A stretch of 64,000 bases of DNA from Felis catus (lineage: Eukaryota), in assembly GCF_018350175.1 (NCBI RefSeq), contig NC_058368.1, positions 139,688,001-139,752,000 of the forward strand, given 5' to 3'. A program made the position numbers and the translations under genes. Under the pieces are notes generated by a model. That model worked only from the letters and a program-made list of their open reading frames with translations, did no database searches and had not been told where the DNA came from. Of this stretch, positions 53,079 through 64,000 are shown piece after piece. Position 1 is the stretch's first letter, and every line of letters begins with the position of its first letter.

Positions 53079-53644
53079 AGGATGCTGTTCTCTAATTTAA
53101 AATTGAAGTACTGGAAAAAATAGTTGTTTTAAATCTGGATGATAGATTGGAGTCATGTGAAAGTTCCACTTATTAGGTGTCTCACTGCATGAGATCAGCC
53201 TTCTGCAAAATTTTTCTGCACATTCTACTTCCTCTTTTTAAACCAGAAAAAAATATATATATTTATCAGTGTAAAATTTATGTATTTTCTCCTATAAGTC
53301 TCACCTCTTTCTCTCTTATAAGAAAAGAATTTAAAGGCAAATCAAGTCTTTATCCTGATAGAACTCATAATTTAGTATCTAATATAGTAAGTGCACCATA
53401 AGGGCAGGAAAACAACTAAGGGAACATTAAATTCTGTGGCATGGAGGACAGAGAGCTAATTAAGCCACAGAGAGGTATCTGAGCTGACCCTTCAAGGCTT
53501 TATGACAGAATGAGGAAGATCATCCTAGACAGAGGAACAGCCTGAAAAAGGCACAGAGCATCTCAGTGAGTTGTAGCCTAAACAGAAGCAGACCCTCTAG
53601 AGGTTCACTGGAACCAACTGGAAACAAATATGGTTCAGGGGATT

Positions 53645-53853
53645 ATTTCTTTTAATATTTCTAATTTTGAGAGAGAGAGAGACAGAGTGCAAGCCAGGGA
53701 GGGGCAGAGGGAGAGGGAGACACAGAATCCAAAGCAGGCTCCAGGCTCCAAGCTGTCAGCACAGAGCCCGACGTGGGCCTCGAAATCATGAACTGTGAGA
53801 TCATGACCTGAGCCCAAGTCGGACTCTTAACCAACTGAGCCACCAGGTGCTCC
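53645..53853 (-). mobile_element. CAN-SINE
   Basis: TSD TCAGGGGATTATTTCT. Confidence 0.92.
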
Positions 53854-55314
53854 TCAGGGGATTATTTCTAAAAAAGAAGTTGCAGTCTTAGCCTGCAGCT
53901 AGTGGGGAAACTAGTGTCACTATAATGCTAAGAAGGAAGACCATGAAAAAAATTCTCCAGAATGGAAGCAGAGTTGAAGTCTAACGAGGAGGAAATACTG
54001 AATTATACCCCTGCAACTTTCCACTTTTGAGAAAACCTGCTATAGAGATCTCCACATGATGGAAATTGCTTTCATTCCAGAGCTTACCCCTATTGCTTAT
54101 ATCTATTTTCCCCTCAGTTTTTTATTCCTTTGCTGTGCAGCTATCCTTTGATCCTTTAGTAAGAGATTACATTCATTAAACTTGTCCCATTTGCTAGCCA
54201 CTATTCCATGCTCCTTATGTATTCCATCTTATTCAAAGTGATCATAGATCAAAATGGTCACACCACCACCCTCGGCTACGGGGAAAGCTGGGAAGCATAT
54301 TTAGCTTCTTTTCTCTTCAGCCTCTATAGTAGAGGCCACAAAAAAGGAACACTTGGAAATGGGTCTGTCTGTTACATAAACCTTTTTCTTACTGCCTGCC
54401 ATACTTTGGTTATTTTTACCTCCTTTCATTTCCCTTTCTTCTTATCAATCCAATTCTTTCTCTCTAGAGAAATAAAAATGCTTTAAAGATAAGTTTCTTG
54501 GCTATTATATTTGACGTATATATTGATTTCATGAAAGAATAAATTATAGCTTAAATTTTCAATTTTGATTTGTATTGACTAACGGTTACCAAATTTTAGC
54601 CTTATAAAAACAGTTCTACAGAGTGAATGTTTACATTATGATTTGTACATTCACTTGTACAGTACTCTTCAGCATAAAGGTAATATGCCAAAGAAGTATA
54701 TAATCTTTCGTTGTAGATTTCCTTTGTTGCTACTTTAAAATGTTAATGTTATGAGTCAGTGAGAGTTGTTTATTTTACCGAAGCTTTTATTTACCATTAG
54801 TTGATGTCCAAATTTATAAAGCAGAAGAATCATTTGATACAAGCACTTACAATATTTCATTCATTCAAGAAATATTTATTAAGTACCTATTATGTGATTG
54901 TAGTGAGTGAGAGATGGAAGACTTGGTAGGGTAAGATATTTGAGAATGAACTCCCTATCTTCATGAAAATAGAAGCAATTATCAGCCTTAATAAACAACA
55001 ATAAAGTGTAAGTAGATAGGGGTACCTGGCTGGCTCAGTCGGTGGAACATATGACTTTGACTTTTGACTTTGGGGTTGTGAGTTTGAGCCTTATGTTGGG
55101 TGTAGAGATTAATTAAGTAAAAAAAAGTTAAATAAATAAAAAAGAAACTTCAACAAAAAAATGTATACATAGATAGGTGGGTCAATGGGTGGGTGGAAAG
55201 ATGGATGGATAGATGGACAGAGATAGATACCTACTAAACGAGAGATTAATGTTATGATTATGGTGTTTTGATATCATGTTGACTAAAAATATGTTAACTT
55301 TTTAAAAAATTAAG

Positions 55315-55467
55315 GTTGACAGATTTGCAATGGAATTAGAACAGAGCCGGGATCTGAACAATACTATAGTGCACATTGACATGGATGCTTTCTATGCAGC
55401 TGTAGAAATGAGGGACAATCCAGAACTGAAGGATAAACCCATTGCTGTAGGATCAATGATGATGTTG
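55315..55467 (+). CDS. POLK: POLK exon 4, aa 86-136 (Y-family motif [13 protein letters not shown])
   Basis: TAAG| acceptor and TTG|GTAAGT donor; 153 nt. Translates [51 protein letters not shown], with catalytic D107 and steric gate Y112. Confidence 0.97.
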
Positions 55468-55830
55468 GTAAGTAGGTAAAGATCAAAGACAAAAAAGGAA
55501 ATTTCATAACATATTCAAGTAAAGCTTACTGGTTCATGAAGGGGGAAGGGGAAGCCTTTGGTAAGCTTTACCAGTTTGCTGGGCGTTTTTCTGTGTGCTT
55601 TATATGTGCTCAATTACGGAATCCTTTCAACATCACTTCAGGAAATTTTTATTTCCATTTGACAGACAAGGAAACTAACTCAGAGGGGTGTTTAAAAACT
55701 TCCCCAAAATTACAAACCTGGTGAATGGTAGAGTGACATTGTATCTTTCTGTTGCAAATTATATTTTTTGAAGTAACTGTTCTAGTTAAAGAGAACTGGA
55801 GAAGAAAGAAAAGGAAATGTTATTCTAAAG

Positions 55831-56253
55831 CAGGCTTGCACACAGTGGCTTGCAGGCCAAATCTAGTCCTTTTTTTTGTAAATAAAATTTTATTGGAACT
55901 CTGTCACGTGCCATCCATTTGTTGTTGCATTGAAAGAGCAGAGTTGAGGGGCTCCTGGGTGTCTCAGTCAGTTGAGTGGCCAACTCTTAATTTCATCTTA
56001 GGTCATTATCTCACAGTTGTGAGATTGAATCCTACGTCAGGCTCCACGCTGAGCATGAAGCCTGCTTAAAATTCTCTCTTCCTCTGCCCCTCTTCCCTGC
56101 TTGTATGTGCATGCTTTCTCTATCTCTCTCTCCGATTAAAAAATAATAATACTAAAAGAGCAGAGTTGAGTAGCTGCAACAGAGACCCTATGATCTGCAA
56201 AGTTTAAAGTAATTACTATCCAGACTTTTACAGAAAAGGTTTCCCAACCTTAG
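55831..56253. mobile_element. MER58-like hAT-Charlie element with a nested SINE
   Basis: MER58 motifs (TTTGTAAATAAAATTTTATTGGAAC, GCAGAGTTGAGTAGCTGCAACAGAGACC) and 8-bp TSD TTCTAAAG/TTCTAGAG. The SINE at 55947-56152 has a perfect TSD AAAGAGCAGAGTTGAG. Confidence 0.8.
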
Positions 56254-57359
56254 TTCTAGAGTAACATACTTCATTAAAATAGGACTGTAATTAGTTTTTC
56301 CCATGGCTTAGAATCTTAACTTTTGTGATTGCCATGTTGCTCTCCCTCATTGCCATCCTAACCGTAGAAGGTAAAGATGGCCAGGATTGCTATATGTGGC
56401 TAAAACTGTGTGGGGAATTAGAAATAACACCTGGAATAGATGGATTTTGGTATAAAAAAACATATCTATAAGAGAAACAAAGAGAGTTCTACCCTGTTTC
56501 TAACTCTTTCAAATGCCTTAGCTATAAATCTGCTTCCTACTGAGTTACTGTTGTATTATAAAACTATAATCTGTTTGTTCATTATCTCTGCTCCCATAAG
56601 TATGCAGACAACTAACAATTGAAGTTTCAAAACAGTGTTTATGGCAAGACTACTCTCCTTTTCCTATAAATAATCAGCCTATATTTGAAAAAATGAATTT
56701 ATTTTTAAGAACATATATCATAATCTATGTGAAATTATCTATGTGTGTGTATATATACATACACGAATGCATACTGTAGCCATGTTAAAGCTAAAGCCAT
56801 TGCTAGATCTGCAAAATATTTTCTTTCCTATAAATTCTGTCCTCGTAAAAATGGGTTATTATTTCCAAATTCAAAATGATTATTTGCCATATTTAAACAA
56901 AGATTATTGCTTTTGTGTGCTCAGCTAATAGACTTCCCTTCTAATGAGATTTGAAGTATAATTGCTATTGTTCTATTAAACTCATAAAAGTATATTTAGA
57001 AATTAATGGTAGTGATAGCACATGTTTGATTATTCCAGTCTGTTACAGTTAGAATTCTTTTTTGGGGCACCTGGGTGGCTCAGTCGGTTAAGCGTCTGAC
57101 TTTTCAGCTTGGGTCATGATCTCACAGTCTGTGAGTCCGAGCCCCGCATCAGGCTCTGTGCTGACAGCTCAGAGCCTGGAGCCTACTTCAGATTCTGTGT
57201 CTTCCTCTCTCTCTCTCTCTGCCCCACCCCCACTAGCGCTCGCTTTCTCTCTCTCTCTCTCTCTCTCTCAAAAATAAACATTAAAAAAAAAATTCTTTTT
57301 TGATGAATTGGGTAGATCCTTGAAATGTTCTAAGTTGGGATTTATAGTTAGACCTCGTG

Positions 57360-57845
57360 GCAGTTATTTATTGCTGCATAACAAACCCCTCCAAGTACTT
57401 AGTGGACACCATTTATTTGTTCATGATTCTCTAATTTAAGCAGAGTACAATGGGGATAACTCCACTCTACCTGAGGTTGTCTAGAGCTATTTAGCAGGGG
57501 CTGGAGGATCCAAAATGGCTTCACTAACATGCTTGGCCCTTCAGCCAAGGTGGCTGGAATGGTTTCCAGCCATTGAGCATTCCTCTGTCCATATGGTACA
57601 TCATCATCATTTAGCAGTTTAACCCAAGATCTTTACACAGTTGCTGGCTTCCCAAAAAAGCAAAGGCTAAAGTTGCAGACTTCATAATACCTAGGTTTCA
57701 AGACTCACATAATGTCACTCTTTCACATCTTTTTGATCAAAGCAAGTCTCAGTGCTAGTCACTTGGCATGAGACACTGGAGCCCACCCTTGGATAGGAGG
57801 AACTCTAAAATACTGTGGCTGTGATTTACATGTAGTCTACCTAAC
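57360..57845 (-). mobile_element. MaLR LTR (MLT1-type)
   Basis: TATTGCTGCATAACAAAC..., GGGGCTGGAGGATCCAAAATGGCTTCACT and GATCAAAGCAAGTC motifs. Confidence 0.7.
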
Positions 57846-58450
57846 ACAAACCTGAAAGCTAAAGGAAGTTGTATTATAAATTTTGTTTCAGCTCTACTAC
57901 AGATCTAGCTTTCATATCAATTCCATTAGGTTTATTTATATTTAACATATTGATTTGTTTTTCTAGTGCTATCTGCATTTGCTGTTCCAGAATACTGACC
58001 AAAGATTAGCATAGTTTGGAGTGCTATCAAGATTTTTATTAAATGCCATTTGAAAACCATTAATGGCAAATTGATGTTATTCTGAAGTAATCCCTTTCAT
58101 ATGGTAGATTCTGTTTTGCATTCCTTTGAATTTTCACTTGAGATTTCAAAGATGTCACTTGTGATAAAATTTTTTTGGAAATGGTACTGTGTGTGGTATC
58201 ATCATCAACAAGATTTAAAAGTAATGTTCTCCTTCTGACTTTCATAATTTTTTCACCAAAAGTGTTTCACCAAAAAGGGTATTCAAGCCTGAAAAAATAA
58301 AACGTAATTTTCAAAGTTCTTTTAAGCTTTATTCACTTACATTTTTGACATATAATTTGGCTGACAATATATTAGAACCTTTGACTTTTGTTGTAAATGA
58401 AAAATTTCCCAAACCCCAAGTATAGCAAATTCCAAATCTATACTAGTATA

Positions 58451-58573
58451 CTATACTATTACTTTCTATACTATTACTTTCATGTAACATCTATTTGTAC
58501 TATAACATTACTTTATAACTATTAGTTCCATGTAGCGTCATTACTTTATAACTATTAGTTCCGTGTAGCATCA
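58451..58573. repeat. Local tandem duplications (15 bp x2 and 33 bp x2)
   Basis: CTATACTATTACTTT at 58451 and 58466; CATTACTTTATAACTATTAGTTCC(A/G)TGTAGC(G/A)T at 58506 and 58539. Confidence 0.9.
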
Positions 58574-59187
58574 CCCACCATCATCCAAACTTTGCTGTAT
58601 ACTATATTAGGTATGCCTTAGAACCAGTAAAGTTTAGGGACCCCTGGTGGCTCAGTCGGTTAAGCGTCCAACTCTTGATTTTGGCTCAGGTCATGATCTC
58701 TTGGTTTGTGAGATCGAGCCCTACATCGAGCCCCACTTCGAGCTCTGCATCGGGCTCTGTGCCGACAGTGTGGAGCCTGCTTGGAATTCTCTCTGTCTGT
58801 CTCTCTCTCTCTCCTTGCCCCTCCCCTGTTCATGCACTCGCTCGTGTGTGTTATTTCTCCAAAAAAATAAACTCATGGCCTCATGGCCCTTAAAAAAAAA
58901 AAAAAAAGAACAAGTGAAGATTAGTTATTGGAAATATAAGAGAACCTTTTTATTAGTCTTGTTTATTTCCTGGTATCATGTTATAAATATGGAGACAGCA
59001 GTGAGAGAGAGGGTCATGGTATAATAGTATGATAGGATAAAGTCAAAGCTCAATTCGAGGCAGTGGCCTATAAAAGAAATGTCCTTGACTTGAAAATACA
59101 CATCAGTAATGTGTTTCTTATGAACGTATTGATCAAGTGTCCATTTAGGTTTGTATATTTTTTCCTATGTGGTCTGTTTTCTTTCAG

Positions 59188-59319
59188 TCTACCTCGAATT
59201 ACTACGCAAGGAGGTTTGGTGTTCGTGCAGCTATGCCAGGATTTATTGCTAAAAGACTCTGCCCACAACTCACTATAGTGCCCCCAAACTTTGACAAATA
59301 CCAAGCTGTGAGTAGAGAG
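59188..59319 (+). CDS. POLK: POLK exon 5, aa 137-180 (fingers)
   Basis: TTTCAG| acceptor and GAG|GTAAGT donor; 132 nt. Translates [44 protein letters not shown]. Confidence 0.97.
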
Positions 59320-61754
59320 GTAAGTCTGATGAACTCCTATTACAGACTTTGACTGATTTCTTTTCACTTACAGAATCAAGTCCAGATGCCTTAGCACCTC
59401 ATAATTTGGTCTTAGCTTATCCCTTTAAATCTTACCTCTCTATCACTTGTCCAGCTTATTTATTGAAAACCGAGCTGAGGGGAGCCTGGGTGGCTCAGTT
59501 GGTTAAGCATCTGACTTCAGCTCAGGTCATGATCTCGCAGTTGACGAGTTCAAGCCCCACATCGGGTTCTGTGCTGACAGCTCAGAGCCTGGAGCCTGCT
59601 TCACATTCTGTGTCTCCCTCTCTTTCTGCCTCTCCCCTGCTCATGCTCTGTCTCTCTCTCTCTCAAAAATAAAGAAACATTTAAAAAAATTAACAAAAAA
59701 AAAAAAGGAAAACTGAGCTGAGTATGCAGAGTACACCCTTCTATTTCCCAGATATTTGCTTTTCCATATATTTTTTTTCTTCTGTTTAGAAGCTCTTATT
59801 TCCCCAGAAAACTTTGGATTGCCTTAATTTTAACCTACATTAACTTCAGCTGTTTTTTTCTTACTGTACAAAATATATCTTTCTAGAATCACCTTATATT
59901 TATAATTTATATAATCTACTCAAGTTATTAATTTCAAGCTCTTTTGCGAATAAATTTTTTTATCAAATGTTTTTAAACAATAATAAAATTCCTGTATTTT
60001 GATTAACTGTTTTCCTGCCTCATAGTCTAGTGAAGATGCTTATAAGCATTTAGTGTCCAAGAGACTGATAATGGAAGAAAAAACGGAATAATCTTGATTT
60101 GAAAAGGGTCTTTGAAATATAAAGATTTAATTCAGTAAAATTGCCTAAACTGTCTTATAGGAAAAGCTGCTATTTTTCTCTATTTTTGATAACTGGACTA
60201 TCATGCTAGTGCTAAAACTTAAGTCATAAATTAAAATTTTAGAATACTACTTGAAACACTTTTAGCCTACTGTAGTACAATACAGTGTTAAAGACGACTG
60301 TCTGAATTGAAACCCTTAAGAAACTATGAGCTAGCACTTAGTACCATTTAGTCATGTGAAGAATCTTTAGATTTGCTCCTCTTATTTGTTTTCCACCTCA
60401 TGTACTCTAGAAATGACTCCCACCAAAATTAAAAAGGTGCTCTACCCCAAATAAAAAAGCAAATTCTTTTTTTCATTCTTTCAAAAACAGTCTGTGGCAG
60501 CAAGTGCTTTTTGTCTCTCTCTGAAAAGGTGGTGGTGAAGGGGGAAGCACGTTCACAGGTGGTTACTGCTTATGTCTTTTACTGTATTCCTAATGTAAAA
60601 GGGTAGAAATGCTACCCGTAAATATTGTAGGCTTTCAGTAAGTTTGAAAATCCTTCAAAAACCTTGTAAGAAAGGATTTTTTTGTGTCCTACTTTATTTA
60701 ACTCATTAAAACTTCAGATGATATGATAAGACCTGAATTATTTTTAGTTTCCTGCAGTCTTACATATATTGAAGAAATCTTTCAAATTTGAGCAGGATCT
60801 AGCTAGTTTTTTTGCAGATAACGAGTGAGTTCTTATGTGTAAATGAACTACAGCACAAATTCCCTGACTATAAGGGTGTTAATATGTGTGGCTTGGTTTA
60901 AAAGTTTAAGGAAAAGCCATTTTTATTTTATCCAAAAGAATGGAACAGCTTTAACTGTTCTGGAAGGCAGAGTGCTTGAATTTTACTGGAACATGTCTAT
61001 TTTTGTTCTTGAAGCAGTATCCTATGAAAAGGAAGTTAGTGAGTACTCCGTGTCTCTAGGGAGTACTTCTCATTCAGAATAATCGTAGTTGGCTGCCAAC
61101 TACAGACTTTCCAGAGTTTCATTTTCACTAGAAAGATTCCATTTGAGTACATTATAAAACTGGTTTCTTCTACAAGAACAAAGCTAATTAAGGTACTCTC
61201 TGAGTAAAGCATGGCCAAGTTTTATATCACCATTTTCTAAAATTACCTTTGACACAGCTGTTCATAATTAAAATAAGCTAAAAAGCTTTCTTTTTATAAA
61301 ACTTCAAAAAAGTTCTCATTATACAGCAGACAGATTTTAAATACTAGATGGAAGTATAACAATTCAATAAATACTTTTTTCAAATATATATATTATTTTG
61401 GCAACTACTTCCTCTAATTTCAGGTAATACTTCAGTGGTTAAAAAAATTCATAGTTTCACATAATAAAACTGTCTTATATAAAAGTCATTTCTGGAATCA
61501 TACTGAAATTCTGATCTCTTCATTTCTTTTATCTCAAGATGCAGCTCCAGACTTTTCCTCATAATTTAATATAGTCACAGACTTCCACTGTAGAGTTGTC
61601 CTCTTTCCCATTCCAAATCACGATAATTGAGCTTTATTTTCTGAATGGATACATGCATTAATGTATGTTTTGAGTGGAGTTTTATGTACATATTATAATT
61701 AATTAAAATAGAACTACTTTCTAAAGCATCATAGTACCTTTATGTAAGATTATT

Positions 61755-62225
61755 CCTTTTTATTTTTTTAAAATGTTTAATTGTTTTGAGAGAGCACACA
61801 CACTCAAGAGGGCAAGTGGGGGAGGGGGAGAGTCAGGGAGAAAGAAAAAATCCCAAGCAGTCTCTGGTTTGTCAGTGCAGAGCCCGACATGGGGCTTCAT
61901 CTCATGAATCCTGAGGTCATGACCTGCGCCAAGGTCAAGAGTCAGATGCTTAACCTACTGAGCCACTCAGGTGCCCCAAGATTATTGCTTTCTAAAAGGA
62001 ACAGAAACCATTGGGGCACCTGGGTGGATCAGTGTCTGACTCTAGATCTTCCCTCAAGTCAAGATCTCATGGTTCATGAGTTTGAGCCCTACATCGGGCT
62101 CTGTACTAACAGTATGGAGCGTGCTTAGGATTCTCTCTCTCTCCCTCTCTCTCTCAGCCCCTCTCACTCTCTCTTGTCTCTTTCAAAATAAATAAACTTA
62201 AAAAACATTATAAAGAAATAAATAA
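61755..62225. mobile_element. Head-to-head CAN-SINE pair
   Basis: Minus copy 61755-61977 and plus copy 62012-62225, about 35 bp apart. Confidence 0.9.
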
Positions 62226-62636
62226 AATGAACAAAAACCATCATAAAAGGTGAGAGGGAGCAGGGTCCTATTGTTACCACTTCTACTCTTGACCAGTTAT
62301 TTAAAATTATGTTACTTAACTGTTCTTTCTGTGCCAGCAGAAGGATGTCTGAGATTTATTTGAGTCACTTATTATATCTAGATAAAGATGGCTGAATAGA
62401 GATTATATCAAATGAAGCTGTTTCATGGTCTTCTGCCTTCATGATCTATTTTAATGCAAAAAAGAATTTGAACAAACTTGCCCTAGCAATAAATTATTTA
62501 TTCCCTAAATCTATGAGCTATTGATTGTAGGATTTTTGCTATATTTCGAAGTAAGAATATTAATGTTTCTTATCAGCTGTTATATGACAGGTTTTGCTGT
62601 GGCAGCAGAATTTAAACCATTTTGTTCCTTTTGAAG

Positions 62637-62790
62637 GTTAAGGAAATACTTGCTGATTATGATCCCAATTTTATGGCCATGAGTCTTGATGAAGCCTACT
62701 TGAATATAACAAAGCACTTACAGGAAAGACAAAATTGGCCTGAGGACAAAAGGAAGTATTTCATCAAAACAGGGAACTCTCTAGAAAATG
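62637..62790 (+). CDS. POLK: POLK exon 6, aa 181-231 (SLDEAY catalytic motif)
   Basis: GAAG| acceptor and G|GTAAGC donor; 154 nt, ending in phase 1. Translates VKEILADYDPNFMAMSLDEAYLNITKHLQERQNWPEDKRKYFIKTGNSLEN, with D198/E199. The gene continues beyond the window. Confidence 0.97.
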
Positions 62791-63028
62791 GTAAGCAATT
62801 AATTAGAATGATCAAACTAAAAAACAAACAAAAAGCCCTTTGAATTAACCCAGTTAATGCATTAGCATCCATAGATGGTAGGACTAGTTAAACCTTTATT
62901 ATGAAAAAATATTAAAAATGAAAAATCAGAAACTTAAAATGTACTAGTGGAATTTCTAAGTTTAATTTGTAGAATGTCACTTTTAAACCAAATGAGATTG
63001 TTAAATTTCTTGAGTTTAAGAGTGTGCA

Positions 63029-63777
63029 CTAGTTTGCATTCCCACCAACAGTACAAGAAGGTTCCTGTTTCTCCACATCCTTGCCACCATCTGTTGTTTC
63101 CTGAGTTGTTTATTTTATCCACTCTGACCTGTGTGAGGTGGTATCTCAGTGTGGTTTTGATTTGTATTTCCCCTATGATGAGTGGATGTTGAGCATCTTT
63201 TCATGTGTCTCTTGGCCATCTGGATGTCTTCTTTGGAAAGTGTCTATTTATGTCTTCTGCTCATTTCTTCACTGGATTATTTGTTTTTTGGATATTGCGT
63301 TTGGTAAGTTCTTTATAGATTTTGGATACTAACCCTTTATTCGATATGTCATTTGCAAATATCTTTTCCCATTCTGTCGGTTGCCTTTTAGTTTTGTTGA
63401 TTGTTTCCTAGGGTATTATGCTAAGTGAAATAAGTCAGAGAAAGACAGATATCATATGTTTTCACTCATATGTGGAACTTGAGAAACTTAACAGAAGACC
63501 ATGGGGGAAGGGAAGGGAAAAAAAGTAGTTACAAACAGAGAGGAAGGGAGGCAAACCATAAGAGAGTCTTAAATACGGAGAACAAACTGAGGGTTGATGG
63601 GGGTTTGGGGGAAAGGGAAAAATGGTGAGGGACATTGAGGAGGGAATTTGTTGGGATGATCACTGTGTGTTGTATGTAAGCAATGAATCATGGGAATCTA
63701 CCCCAAAACCAAGAGCGCATTGTATACACTGTATGTTAGCCAATTTGACAATAAATTATATATATATAAACAAAAAA
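63029..63777 (+). mobile_element. Felid/carnivore L1 with 5' inversion
   Basis: 63029-63410 is L1 ORF2 in antisense; 63411-63777 is the sense 3' end with AATAAA and A-rich tail. Imperfect TSD AAGAGTGTGCA / AAAACTGTGCA. Confidence 0.88.
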
Positions 63778-64000
63778 CTGTGCAGAATCCCTAAACAAAG
63801 TAATTTCATAGCAGTTCTTTTCTTAAGATCTAATTAAGAAAATGTTGGGTTGTATTGAATCTGAGGAGGTTGTCTTTTGTTGTAGTTGTTAACAGATAAT
63901 AGAGTTTTTAAAAATTGACCTGAAACATATGAAAACATTGGGTGAGTTTTTTCCCTCTTGTTTTCCAAATTATCTATAATCTGGTTATACAGTGATTATG

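Larger units (their letters stand above)
57063..59705 (+). mobile_element. Three CAN-SINEs around POLK exon 5
   Basis: Copies at about 57063-57295, 58637-58910 and 59478-59705. Confidence 0.85.

Noticed and set aside
58451..58573. 33-bp direct repeats resembling CRISPR repeats
   Set aside because: Only two adjacent copies, with no spacers and no cas genes, in a mammalian intron.
26877..63035. Both young L1 copies have a boundary at almost the same L1 position (CAAACT.GTGCA)
   Set aside because: Each copy has its own 3' end, and the intervening POLK exons are collinear. Coincidence is more likely than rearrangement.

Overview
Mammalian genomic DNA, most likely from a felid. It carries about 50 tRNA-derived CAN-SINEs, including young felid-type copies, plus felid-type L1 3' ends. 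The window covers the head-to-head CERT1 (COL4A3BP/GPBP, minus strand) and POLK (DNA polymerase kappa, plus strand) locus, which shares one CpG-island promoter at about 13.7-15.4 kb. Visible CERT1 parts are coding exons 1-2 (start of the PH domain) and an in-frame N-terminal extension. Visible POLK parts are non-coding exon 1 and coding exons 2-6 (aa 1-231, with catalytic D107/D198/E199). The rest is intronic: SINEs, L1/L2/MIR, MaLR LTRs, Tigger and MER58 DNA transposons, and a deleted class I endogenous retrovirus. I found no prokaryote-style novel system. The most interesting structure is the CERT1 5' region, which has a uORF, non-AUG ACG starts, an upstream ATG exon overlapping POLK exon 1, and a possible micro-intron that would fuse the uORF to the CERT frame. 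Comparisons with human sequences are from memory and must be re-checked by alignment. Repeat boundaries and subfamily names are approximate.
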